From the NCBI GenBank assembly GCA_965217865.1, contig CBDCJO010000002.1:1888001-1952000 (forward strand): a stretch of DNA of 64,000 nucleotides. Direction: 5' to 3'. Below the pieces are notes generated by a model. The model saw only the letters and a list, made by a program, of their open reading frames with translations, was not told where the DNA came from and made no database searches. This DNA comes from Candidatus Latescibacterota bacterium. GTDB taxonomy: Bacteria; Latescibacterota; UBA2968; SICM01. Below are positions 19,237-28,880 of the stretch, one piece after another (position 1 is the stretch's first letter; every line of letters starts with the position of its first letter). Position numbers and translations under genes: made by a program.

Positions 19237-19265
19237 TTAGTCCTGTCAAATTTTGACAGGACTAA
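19237..19265. repeat. Perfect 14-bp inverted repeat with 1-nt spacer (possible IS footprint or operator)
   Basis: TTAGTCCTGTCAAA-T-TTTGACAGGACTAA. Confidence 0.8.
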
Positions 19266-19668
19266 TTGCGAAGTACTCCTACCAAGAGCGGGCCAGCGGA
19301 GGCTGGGAGGCGGTCATTGCCGCGGCGGATGACATCGGCGACGGCTGTCTTGAACTGAAATGCGGAAATCGTCTTTACGCCGTTTCCGCTCCTCAGCTGC
19401 CAACTTTGGTGGCTCGTTATTTTGTGCGATCCCCCGAGAATAGCCCTCTCCGGGGCTTGTCGTATCTGGCATTTTTCAGATTGTTGCGCCGCTCCACACA
19501 TCGTCCCCTAATCTCCGTTTCGAACCGGAACTCGTAGGGTCCGCTATCTGGAGGGCGTCGGTCCGCGCCAGTCGCCCCTCGGGACCTGCCTCATGGGTGT
19601 ATCCTGCCCTTGGTCCTGGGGCAAGGAGGCCGTCCATCGGGGTTGACCAAGGTTCAAATGTTGTGATA

Positions 19669-19782
19669 TGACCCGGGAAAAGTGGACAGTGGTTTAAGCC
19701 GCTTTCTGCAGCGATAGGCGTTCAAAAAGGGCCGGGGACACATAGTCCAGGTAAGCGTGCAGCCGCTGATTGTTGTAGCCTG
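19669..19782 (-). mobile_element. IS3-family remnant: right end plus transposase C-terminus
   Basis: Minus strand reads GYNNQRLHAYLDYVSPALFERLSLQKAA*, followed by an IR ending ...GTCCACTTTTCCCGGGTCA. Confidence 0.75.
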
Positions 19783-19788
19783 CATCTG

Positions 19789-20157
19789 ATGGAAACCGAG
19801 GGCGCAGACGCTCAGGCGACGTTTCCTGATACTGGCAGCAACCAGGTAAACAAAGTGCGTTACGCGCCCCCAAAGAGTGGTGTGCCGGGGCGGGTATGGA
19901 TCAACCGCGAACAGTATTTCGAGAGCGTTGAGCCGGACATCTGGGCGTTCACCATCGGCGGCTACCGGCGCGCGGAGAAGTGGCTCAAGGACCGAAGAAG
20001 CCGCACGCTTTCCGAGGACGACATCGACCACTACCAACAAATCGTCGTCGTCCTCGCCGAAACTCAGAGTCTGATGATCGAGGCCGACGACGTCATCGAA
20101 CAGCACGGCGGCTGGCCCGACACGTTTCGAACGGTCAAGACCGACGCAAGAACGTAA
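19789..20157 (+). pseudogene. C-terminal fragment of a type ISP restriction-modification enzyme
   Basis: 'VWINREQYFESVEPDIWAFTIGGYRRAEKWLKDR...HYQQIV' matches the Type ISP C-terminal pattern; truncated next to the IS3 remnant. Confidence 0.75.
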
Positions 20158-20173
20158 ATGTGCCCATACCGCG

Positions 20174-21106
20174 GTGGTTCTCAGTAGCCTAGAACGGACG
20201 CTTCAACCCCACGAAGGGAATCCGCGAGCAGCCCCCGTCCTTAACGGCATTCGCTATCGGCTGACTGCTCAGGTACCAGAGTTCCGTTCAAGAGTGCAGA
20301 GGTTGCTGACTCGCATTCAGCCTGAAAAGCGTCCTGCTGGTGGATTTATGAATGCTCGTGGCCATGTGGCAAGTGAGTCTCGGTCACAGTTGTTGCATGG
20401 CTTCTATGCAGAAGTTGAACTTCGAGCAAGCGCTTTGGGCTGGCGTGGTTTTTCCGACTTGCTAACGCTTTCGAGCGCGCGATGCGAGATCCGAGACTTC
20501 AAGACTGGAGCCCCGAAGCAGGAGCATGAGTTCCAAGTCCGCACTTACGCACTGCTTTGGGCTCGGGATCGAGACTTGAACCCAAACCGGCGGTTGGCGG
20601 ATAGACTCGTTCTTTCTTACGACGAAGGCGATACCGACGTTCCGGCACCGAGCGAGGAGGAAGTCCGTCACCTAGAGGAAGAACTCCAGCGACGGACTAA
20701 CGAAATGTTATCTAAACTCCGGGCCGATCCTCCTGAGGCGCGACCCAGTCGGCAGAACTGTGAGTACTGTCCTGTACGACATTTATGTGAAGAGTATTGG
20801 CACTGGCACGCCCGACAAGAGCCAGACAGCGAATCGCTCAAGACCGGATTTGGTGACATTCAGATCGAACTTTCTGCTCGACATGGTCCCCGAAGTTGGG
20901 ATGGATTCGTGGAATCTGGTTCGAACTTGAAGACCGGAGGGAAAATCCTACTGCGAACCACAAATATCCAGTTCGAGTTGCAACCGGGTCAACGGGTACG
21001 TCTACTCAACGTCCACATTAGCGTACCTGACGAAGAGCCCGTGGAAGAGATACAGCCTACGATTGTGGCGACAATGGGAGCAAATTCCGAGGCATTCCTG
21101 CTTTGA
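20174..21106 (+). CDS. PD-(D/E)XK (RecB/Cas4-like) nuclease-family protein, probably 5'-truncated
   Basis: 'EVEL...SDLL...IRDFKTG...QVRTYAL' and Cys cluster 'CEYCPVRHLC'. Confidence 0.75.
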   Translation: MVLSSLERTLQPHEGNPRAAPVLNGIRYRLTAQVPEFRSRVQRLLTRIQPEKRPAGGFMNARGHVASESRSQLLHGFYAEVELRASALGWRGFSDLLTLSSARCEIRDFKTGAPKQEHEFQVRTYALLWARDRDLNPNRRLADRLVLSYDEGDTDVPAPSEEEVRHLEEELQRRTNEMLSKLRADPPEARPSRQNCEYCPVRHLCEEYWHWHARQEPDSESLKTGFGDIQIELSARHGPRSWDGFVESGSNLKTGGKILLRTTNIQFELQPGQRVRLLNVHISVPDEEPVEEIQPTIVATMGANSEAFLL

Positions 21107-21152
21107 GTGTTCTCGCTGGGTGGGCTGATCGAGACAGGATTAAGAATCGTCC

Positions 21153-22798
21153 ATGACGCCTGACCAAATCAAAGCGCTGGCTACAGTCGGTGAATCCGAG
21201 ACGCTGGAGTTCAAGAGCACGACCGGGACCCGTCGTGAGGCGGCCAGGACGGTGTGCGCCATGCTCAACCAACACGGGGGGCATGTGCTGTTCGGTGTCA
21301 CGCCGAGAGGAGATGTGGTTGGTCAGCAGGTGAGCGAGCGAACAATTGAAGAGGTGAGTGCGGAGATCCCAAAGGATCGACCCGCCGGCCTTTCCGGAGA
21401 TCGAGCGAGTCAATGTAGCGGAAGACCGGGAGGTGATGGCGGTTCGCGTGAACCAGGGCTCCGCACGTCCGTACCAATACCGGGGCACCGCTTATCGTCG
21501 GGTTGGCAACACCACCGTGGCCATGTCGGCCGAGGAGTACAACCGAGTGCTCTTCGAGCGCATGCACAGTGAGCAGCGCTGGGAGAACCAGGCCGCCAGC
21601 GAGTGGTCGGTCGAGGACCTCGACGTGGCGGAGATTCGCAATACGGTTGCAGAGGCCGTCCGTATCGGCCGGCTGAACGAACCTGGTAGTCGGGAACCGG
21701 ATGACCTGCTACGCGGGCTCGGGCTGATCCGCGACGGCGTCCTGTTCCGCGCGGCGGCGGTGCTGTTCGGTAACGCCGAGCGACTTGAGTTCGAAATGCC
21801 GCAGTGCCTGCTCCGTGTGGCTCGTTTCCGGGGTCTCGACCGGAGCGAATTCCTGGACAACCGGCAGTTCAACGGCAACGCCTTCGAGTTGTTCTCGAGT
21901 GCGGAGCGCTTTCTACGCGACACCCTTCCCATCGCAAGCCGGTTCGAATCGGGCCGCATCCAGCGCATTGACGAACCGCTTTACCCGCCCCTGGCCACAC
22001 GGGAAGCGCTGGCGAACGCCCTGTGCCATCGGGATTATGCTCTGGGCGGCGGCTCGGTGGGGCTGGCGGTGTACGACGACCGTCTTGAGGTGACATCGAC
22101 CGGTTCGCTGCACTTCGGACTGACCCCAGACGAGCTGTTCGGGCCGCACGAGTCGAGACCGTGGAACCCGCTGATCGCCCGCACATTCTACCGGCGCGGC
22201 ATCATCGAGGAATGGGGGCGCGGAACGCTCAAGATGGCGGAACTGGCAACCTCCGCGGGCCTACCGCGCCCCGAGATTGAAGATGCCAGTGGAGCCGTGA
22301 CGGTACGATTCCGGCACGGCCAATTCGTGCCATCTCAGCGTAGCGGGAGCGCTGTAATCGAAAGGGAATTATATACTTGACAAAGGCTATTTGCTTTATC
22401 CCAAAATGTTGAGTTTTTTGCGAAAGTTTCGCAGAATGCCCCGTCCTTTGGCCGGAGATCGTCCGATTCGAGCGATTTCTTTACCTGATTTTTGATGTCC
22501 TGTTTCTTATATTTGTCGGCATGGGGACTGCCAACAGATTGTTTGAGTAGACAGAGCCTTCATCACTATCATGACTTTATCAAGTATATAATCACCAATC
22601 GAAAGGCAAAATGCAATTCTCGCCCTGTTGGATCGCGCGGAAGGTGACTTGGCGTTACGCGAGATTCACGCACAATTGCCCCTAGACGTCAGCGAGCGTC
22701 AGGTAAGAAGGGCCTTAACGGAGTTGAGGGACCGTGGGCTGGTAGTGTCCACGGGCCCCGGTCCGGCGGCGCGGTGGAAGCTTTCCCAAGGCCAGTAG
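21153..22798 (+). pseudogene. AlbA_2 (Schlafen-like) + RecG-C/HATPase_c_4 + wHTH protein, frameshifted near 21370 and interrupted by a MITE
   Basis: 'GESETLEFK...CAMLNQHGGHVLFGV', 'REALANALCHRDY', 'IEEWGRG'. Removing the MITE restores ...AVIERQNAILALL...RRALTELRDRGLV...ARWKL*. Confidence 0.85.
22364..22596. mobile_element. 233-bp IS1595-type MITE with 8-bp TSD AATCGAAA
   Basis: IRs GGGAATTATATACTTGACAAAG and (revcomp) GGTGATTATATACTTGATAAAG match 19/22; TSD at 22356-22363 and 22597-22604. Confidence 0.9.
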
Positions 22799-22858
22799 AG
22801 GTGCCATTAGACCCCTGGGGGTCAGATAGGGGTTTAATAGGGGTCAAATAGGGGTCTG

Positions 22859-23509
22859 ATGTGCCGGCTCGATGACGATGGCAACCGTTCTATCGCCAAG
22901 CTCCGCTGGGGGTTGGTGCCGTCCTGGGCGAAGGACGTGAGCATGGGCACGCGTCTCATCAACGCCCGGGCAGAGACCGTCCACACCAAACCGTCCTACG
23001 GCGATGCCTTTCGTTCTCGTCGGTGCCTAGTACCAACCTGCGGAAATTCGCGTAATCTGATTTCCTAGCAAAAACAGGATGTTAAGGGCGGATTTGCACG
23101 CATAAACTTGCGCAACTAAGTACTAGTGCCGGCCAACGGATGGTTCGAGTGGCAGCGGACTGAGCACGGGAAGCAGCCCTACTTCCTCGGGCTCGCGGAC
23201 GGATCGCCGTTGTCGTTCGCCGCGCTGTGGGAGCGCTGGTACAAGGGCGGGAGTTCCCTTGAGTCTTTCGCCATCATCACGACTTTCGCCTCATCGGCGC
23301 TCGCCGACATTCACCATCGGCAGCCTGCGATCATCGATCCCGACCAGTTTGACGACTGGCTCGATCCGACGGCGCCAGTACCGCGGCTCCTCGACCTGGT
23401 GCGTGAACCTGATGCCAGTCCCTACCAGAGGCACGCCGTCAGCACCAGGGTGAACAGCGTCCAGAACGACGACCCGGATATCCTGGAGCCCAGGTTGGAA
23501 CGCGGCTAA
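22859..23509 (+). pseudogene. SOS response-associated peptidase (SRAP/YedK), lacking its N-terminus and split by a MITE
   Basis: 'LRWGLVPSWAKD...LINARAET...RRCLVP|ANGWFEW...KQPY...IHHRQP'. Confidence 0.88.
23031..23122. mobile_element. ~92-bp MITE with CTAG target duplication
   Basis: CTAG at 23027-23030 and 23123-23126, imperfect terminal IRs; removing 96 bp restores RRCLVPANGW. Confidence 0.8.
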
Positions 23510-23515
23510 TTTCAA

Positions 23516-23708
23516 CCCCAGTGGGAATCGAACCCACGTCCGAAAGAGTCTTCGATTCCTTGACTGGGGAAATCTGGATAAAAAAGACTTCCGCATTAGA
23601 AATTCGGAGAGCCACCCGTTTAGGTTCGTAAGGCTATGACAATCAGGGGATTACGCATGTCCGTGGTAAGGGAGGGCGGATTGCGGGAAAGCGGCAAGCC
23701 CTCCACCA
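23516..23708. other. Candidate att/boundary remnants resembling a tmRNA/tRNA 3' end
   Basis: Minus strand TTCGGACGTGGGTTCGATTCCCAC (T-arm-like) at ~23521-23544; plus strand CCCTCCACCA at 23699-23708. Confidence 0.4.
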
Positions 23709-24240
23709 TCCTTCGCTCGCGAGCTACGGATGGCAGGCCACCTACAGGCACAGGGTCACATGCGAGCGAAGGATGGTGCCCTCCGTAGCGCGAAGCGCGT
23801 AGGAGGGCTTTGTTCTGTACACGGCGGGCTGTCAGGTAAGTGGATGGAAATGCACTATGCATACGTCATTGAGAGCCTTGAGCAGCCGGGCCGGTTATAC
23901 CGCGGCAGTACCCGCAATGTGGAGGAGCGGTTAGCCCACCACAACGCCGGGAAATGCAGACATACCTCCAAGTACAGACCCTGGAAACTGAAGCTATACA
24001 TCGCGTTCGAGTCGAAGGAACTCGCCCAGCGATTCGAGCGATACCTCAAGTCGGGCTCTGGTCACGCCTTCGCCAATCGGCACTTCTGGGATTGAGTAAG
24101 TGAGCGAAGGATAGTGTCCTCCGACCTGCCTGCCCTTCGGAGCTAACGCGGAGGAGGGTCCACCGGAGCCCTCTGGGTGTAGGTGGAAGCACGCCTGTCC
24201 ACCGTAGCTGCCCTGCAGCGAAGGTGGACGAGCTACCACC
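23704..24240. repeat. REP-like palindromic repeats flanking the GIY-YIG gene
   Basis: 17-bp IR at 23704-23720/23762-23778; 22-bp direct repeat at 23764-23785/24102-24123; several CCGTAGC..GCGAAGG-type hairpins. Confidence 0.7.
23850..24095 (+). CDS. Small stand-alone GIY-YIG nuclease
   Basis: 'YAYVIES...LYRGST...RLAHHN...T..YRPW...FERYLKSGSG'. Confidence 0.9.
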   Translation: MHYAYVIESLEQPGRLYRGSTRNVEERLAHHNAGKCRHTSKYRPWKLKLYIAFESKELAQRFERYLKSGSGHAFANRHFWD

Positions 24241-24255
24241 TCCGCCCGTTACCCT

Positions 24256-24283
24256 AAAAAGCCACCGATCCTCGGTGGCTTTT
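24256..24283. terminator. Probable bidirectional intrinsic terminator
   Basis: AAAAAGCCACCGA-TCC-TCGGTGGCTTTT. Confidence 0.65.
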
Positions 24284-24552
24284 CGCTTTCCAGAAATTTC
24301 GAGATCTTTGTCCACAGGGTTATCAACAACCCAAACTAAGGCATATTTAATTGTTTAAAATGAACTTATAATGCTTGTTTCTTCTCTTTTCAACGACAAT
24401 CCGGATTTGTGCGGGAGGTTTTCAACACCGAAATCACGCTGAACGCCTTGAAGAAAGGATGAATGTGGATACACCTCCCAAACCCGGTCCGTGAAGCATC
24501 CCATCTGATCCCTGATAACTGCTAAAGCCTAATAGATTTGGGGAGTTTTTTC

Positions 24553-24581
24553 TTGCGGACCCTCCATATCTATCATATATT
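24553..24581 (+). promoter_or_regulatory. Candidate sigma70 promoter of the inositol operon
   Basis: TTGCGG-17 bp-TATATT upstream of AAGGAAGG and GTG at 24620. Confidence 0.45.
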
Positions 24582-24619
24582 TTGAAAATTAAACAATTCG
24601 CTCGTAAGGAAGGACACGC

Positions 24620-25210
24620 GTGCTCGGCCAGAAAGCAAAACAGGATCTCTCGGAATTACTGCAACCCTCGACGGACTTTCTCGTCAAAAAAAGGCTGAGG
24701 CCAAACTATATCACCATCGCTGGATTTCTGTTGAGCCTTGGTGCGGCACTCCTGTTCGCTTCTACATTCGTAGCGCCGCTGAAATTCAGGGTTGCGGGAT
24801 GCCTCGTGCTTCTTGCGGGTCTCTGCGACATCTTTGACGGACAGGTTGCCCGGGCCGGGCAAAAACGAACCAAGTTCGGTGCCCTTTTGGACTCCACCGC
24901 CGATCGATATGCGGAGATCTTGGTCTATTTCGGCATGGCCATCGATTTTGTCCGTGCAGAATGGTGGGCGACGAGCACAGCTCTCTTCTTCGCGATGGCG
25001 GGTTCCCTGATGGTCAGTTATATTCGGGCAAGGGCCGAGGGCCTCGGAGAAGAGTGCCAGGTGGGATTCATGCAGAGGCCGGAACGGGTCATCGCTATCG
25101 GCGTAGGAGCTCTCCTCGGTAGAGAAGCCCTGGCCGTCGTGATGTGTATGATCGCAGTCCTAGCAAACTTCACCGCCATCGAGCGGTTGTGGCACCTCCG
25201 AAAAATTTAG
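24620..25210 (+). CDS. CDP-alcohol phosphatidyltransferase (likely phosphatidylinositol-phosphate synthase)
   Basis: Signature 'DIFDGQVAR...GALLDSTADR' and 'SYIRARAEG'; adjacent to ino1. Confidence 0.9.
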   Translation: MLGQKAKQDLSELLQPSTDFLVKKRLRPNYITIAGFLLSLGAALLFASTFVAPLKFRVAGCLVLLAGLCDIFDGQVARAGQKRTKFGALLDSTADRYAEILVYFGMAIDFVRAEWWATSTALFFAMAGSLMVSYIRARAEGLGEECQVGFMQRPERVIAIGVGALLGREALAVVMCMIAVLANFTAIERLWHLRKI

Positions 25211-25306
25211 CCACAGTCCCGTTCTTAAGACATCCTTCCTTACCTTCCCTTCATCAATTCACCGGCCATCCCAGATTAATCCTTTCACATTGACCGGAGG
25301 CTCCAC

Positions 25307-26437
25307 ATGGGCAAAGTAAGAGTCGCCATCATTGGCGTCGGAAACTGTTCCTCGGCCCTTGTACAGGGCGTTCAATATTATAAGAACGCAAAAGAAGGCG
25401 AGTTTGTCCCGGGTTTAATGCACGTCGACCTGGGGGGGTATCACGTAAAGGATATCGAATTTTCCGCTGCCTTTGAAATCGACAGAAACAAAGTCGGCAA
25501 AGACCTGAGCGAGGCCATTTTCCTTCCGCCAAACAACACGATCAAGTTTTCCGACGTGCCGGAACTCGGGGTCCCGGTTCACAGAGGGATGACTCACGAT
25601 GGATTGGGCGAGTACCTCTCAAAGATCATCCACAAAGCATCGGCGCCCACTGAGGACATCATTGAGATACTGAAGGCCACCAGGACGGACGTCGTTGTCA
25701 ACTATCTCCCTGTGGGCAGCGAGGAAGCCACAAAGTGGTATGTCGAACAGGTTCTCGAAGCCGGATGCGCCTTCATCAACTGCATTCCGGTCTTCATCGC
25801 ATCGGCCTCCTATTGGCCGGAGCGTTTCGAGAAAAGAGGTTTGCCGATCATCGGCGACGATATCAAGTCCCAGGTCGGGGCAACGATTACCCACCGGGTG
25901 CTTACGAGGCTATTCCGGGAGCGGGGGGTAAAACTCCATCGTACCTACCAGTTGAATTTCGGCGGGAACACCGATTTTTATAACATGCTCGAACGATCCC
26001 GCCTCGAGTCGAAGAAGATTAGCAAGACCAACGCGGTCACCTCCCAACTCGACTATGACCTGGGCCCAGATAACGTACACGTCGGACCGAGCGATCACAT
26101 CCCCTGGCTCAAGGACCAGAAGTGGTGCCACATCCATATGGAGGGTGAGACATTCGGCGGCGTTCCGCTGAAGCTGGAGTTGAAGCTGGAGGTCTGGGAT
26201 TCCCCCAACTCAGCCGGTGTGGTCATCGATGCGGTCCGTTGTTGCAAACTCGCACTCGAGCATGGACTCAAGGGTCCACTGGCGGGACCATCGTCATACT
26301 TTATGAAAACGCCCCCCCAACAGTTCAAAGACGAACTGGCAAGAGAGATGGTTGAGGACTTCATCCTCCAATACGGAAGGAAATCCGCCCCGGAGCCCCC
26401 GAAACCCCCTCGCACTCGAAAACGGGCGAAGAAATAG
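25307..26437 (+). CDS. ino1: Inositol-3-phosphate synthase
   Basis: '[12 protein letters not shown]', '[11 protein letters not shown]', 'LNFGGNTDF', 'DSPNSAG'. Confidence 0.96.
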   Translation: MGKVRVAIIGVGNCSSALVQGVQYYKNAKEGEFVPGLMHVDLGGYHVKDIEFSAAFEIDRNKVGKDLSEAIFLPPNNTIKFSDVPELGVPVHRGMTHDGLGEYLSKIIHKASAPTEDIIEILKATRTDVVVNYLPVGSEEATKWYVEQVLEAGCAFINCIPVFIASASYWPERFEKRGLPIIGDDIKSQVGATITHRVLTRLFRERGVKLHRTYQLNFGGNTDFYNMLERSRLESKKISKTNAVTSQLDYDLGPDNVHVGPSDHIPWLKDQKWCHIHMEGETFGGVPLKLELKLEVWDSPNSAGVVIDAVRCCKLALEHGLKGPLAGPSSYFMKTPPQQFKDELAREMVEDFILQYGRKSAPEPPKPPRTRKRAKK

Positions 26438-26441
26438 CCAA

Positions 26442-28041
26442 ATGGAGACCCGAACCGCAAGTGCATGGGTTGACGCCTTCATGAGGCGCGATCCTGTCCT
26501 TGAGGGCCGCCTTCGGACAATCTACGGCGAAGACCCGGTGCTATTGGACGATCGTCGCAGGGCTTATGTCAACCTTCTGACTCGATTCGGCATGGCCTAC
26601 GGCGACGATAACGTCATCGTGACCCGGTCCCCCGCCCGGATCAACCTCCGGGGGGTACACGTGGATCACCGCGGGGGACACGTTAATTACATGTGTATCA
26701 GCAGGGAAACCTTGGTCGCCGCCCACACACGGGATGACGACCAGGTTTTCATGCTGAACACCGAACCAAAGAAATATGGTCCTCGGAGTTTCAACGTAAA
26801 CCAGGAACTTCCTCCTCACCAGAGGGGAGATTGGCTTTCCTACATCGACCAGGTGGAAATCAAACCTGGCGACTGGATGAACTATAGTTAAGGCCGCGGT
26901 TCTGCGACTTCAGGATCGGTTTAAAGACCTCCCCCTGAAGGGCATGAACTTGATGGTGAGCGGGAACATTATCGGCCAGGGGCTGAGTTCCTCCTCCGCC
27001 CTGGTCGTCGCCACCATGGAAGCCGTCCTTCAGGTCAACGGACTGGACCTCCCCATCACTGAGCGGATCGACCTGTATGGCACCGGAGAGTGGTATGTGG
27101 GCACGAGGGGGGGGTCCGGCGATCATTCTTCTATGCTTTATGGCCGTCGTGATTATGTTGGTCATATGACCTTCTTTCCCTCCTCAGTCGAACTCATCCC
27201 TTTCCCTTCCGGCTATAAAATCGTGGTCTGTAACTCTCTGGTGGAAGCCCGGAAATCCGCAGGGGCCAAAAGCACCTTCAACCAGCGCGTGGCAACATAC
27301 GAGATCGCTATGCTTCTGCTCAAGGCGGGATTCCCCGTCGTCGAGGCGCACGCGGATCACCTTCGGGATGTCACCCCCCGTGCGTTGGGCTGCACCGAAT
27401 CGGATATATACAGGATGCTTAAAGCCCTCCCCGAAACCATCACGAGGGACCGGCTTTTTGAGGCCCTCCCGGATCGGAAGGCCGACCTTCAAAAGCTGTT
27501 CAAAACCCACGACGACCCCCCCGGGGGTTACGCAGTCCGGGATGTATGTATCTTCGGCCTGGCCGAATGTGAACGGGGGCGCATTTGCGCTGAATTCCTG
27601 AAAACCGGAAGTATGGATAGGTTCGGTAAGTTGATGTATATCGGACACGACGGGGACCGGGTGGTGGAATATGGTGAAGACGGCCGGTCCAATGCATGGA
27701 AGAAACGGGTCACGGATGAGGATCTGAGTCGGTTGATTCAGGCCTCCGAAAGCGACGATGCAGATCAAAGGGAAACCGCCCACATATGGCGACAGCCCGG
27801 CGGATATGGATGCTCTTGCGACGAACTGGATCACCTTGTTGACACGGTCAAGCGCGTTTCCGGAGTGGTTGGAGCAAGCCTGACAGGAGCGGGTTTGGGA
27901 GGCCCCGTCGTGGTGCTTGTCCGTGAGGATGCCGTGTCATCGGTCGTGGATGCTGTCCAAAAAAATTATTATGAACCTCGAGGCCTCACCCCTTCCGCCG
28001 AGGTTTGCTCGTCTGTCGAAGGGGCTGGAAGAGTGTTATAA
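26442..28041 (+). CDS. Galactokinase-like GHMP sugar kinase with a single apparent frameshift near 26886
   Basis: 'SPARINLRGVHVDHRGG', then DWMNY|VKAAVLRL across the shift, 'GLSSSSAL', 'GASLTGAGLGG'. Confidence 0.85.
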
Positions 28042-28139
28042 AATCTCATCAATTCTTGTGGCATATAAGAAATTCCTTATGCATTTTCACTTTGTTCAAT
28101 ATTAATATTCTTACTCTACCATTTCCCTAAGGGGATGAT

Positions 28140-28790
28140 GTGCGAGGGTTCTTCATCACCTTCGAAGGAATCGATCGAAGTGGAAAATCCACCCAGGCAG
28201 ACCTTCTGGCCGAGGGGCTTGCGAGCACAGACCACCAGGTTGTCCACACCTGGCAACCCGGAGGGAGTCCGATCTGTAGTGAAATCGCCCGGCTCATCCA
28301 CGATCGGACCCACTTCGGCCGAATGGATGCGTTCACCGAACTGATGCTCTACATCGCAGATCGGAGCCAGAATGTTCGAGAGGTCATCCTCCCGGCCATC
28401 GGACTCGGAAAAATTGTTTTGTGTGACCGGTACACAGATTCGACGGTAGCATACCAGGGATATGGCAGGGGTTTGAGTTTAGAAACCATCTCATCTTTCA
28501 ATCAAATCGCAACGAAGGGACTCGTCCCCGACCTGACGGTATTCATCGACATTTCGGTCGAAGAAGCCCAACGGAGGGACCTCGAAAATGCTGCCGACCG
28601 GATGGAGATGGAAAAAGCTCCCTTTTTCGAGCGCGTTCGGGAGGGCTACCTGCGCATCGCGGAATCGGATCCCGAACGTGTGAGAGTCCTCGACGGCTGC
28701 AAGCCAGTGGAAAGCATCTCTGAAGAAATTCGGACAATCGTCGATCGGGCGTTGAAGGATATGGGATCGGGGATTGGGGGAAAACAGTAG
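28140..28790 (+). CDS. tmk: Thymidylate kinase
   Basis: 'FITFEGIDRSGKSTQ', 'DRYTDSTVAYQG'. Confidence 0.95.
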   Translation: MRGFFITFEGIDRSGKSTQADLLAEGLASTDHQVVHTWQPGGSPICSEIARLIHDRTHFGRMDAFTELMLYIADRSQNVREVILPAIGLGKIVLCDRYTDSTVAYQGYGRGLSLETISSFNQIATKGLVPDLTVFIDISVEEAQRRDLENAADRMEMEKAPFFERVREGYLRIAESDPERVRVLDGCKPVESISEEIRTIVDRALKDMGSGIGGKQ

Positions 28791-28827
28791 CAGGTGGCAG
28801 TGGCAGGAAGACAAAAAGGAAGGGGCC

Positions 28828-28859
28828 AATATTCAATTCTCCGATATTCAATATTCAAT
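28828..28859 (-). repeat. 32-bp heptamer-based dispersed repeat, copy 1
   Basis: Reverse complement of ATTGAATATTGAATATCGGAGAATTGAATATT, identical to the copies at 32387 and 56650. Confidence 0.9.
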
Positions 28860-28880
28860 TCCCTTTTGACTGGAGACTCC

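Noticed and set aside
20174-21106. Cas4 as evidence of a CRISPR-Cas locus
   Set aside because: No array, cas1 or cas2 in the window; treated as a generic PD-(D/E)XK nuclease.
22810-22858. GGGGTC/ATAGGG short repeats as a functional site
   Set aside because: Low-complexity junction between two pseudogenes; no further support.
23516-23570. Complete tRNA or tmRNA gene
   Set aside because: Only a T-arm-like piece; no D-arm, anticodon arm or acceptor pairing.
26880-26895. Programmed frameshift in the GHMP kinase (likewise at ~6675, ~21370 and ~36155)
   Set aside because: Single-base insertions, mostly in short homopolymers, with no slippery heptamer seen; sequencing error or simple mutation is more likely and needs reads to settle.
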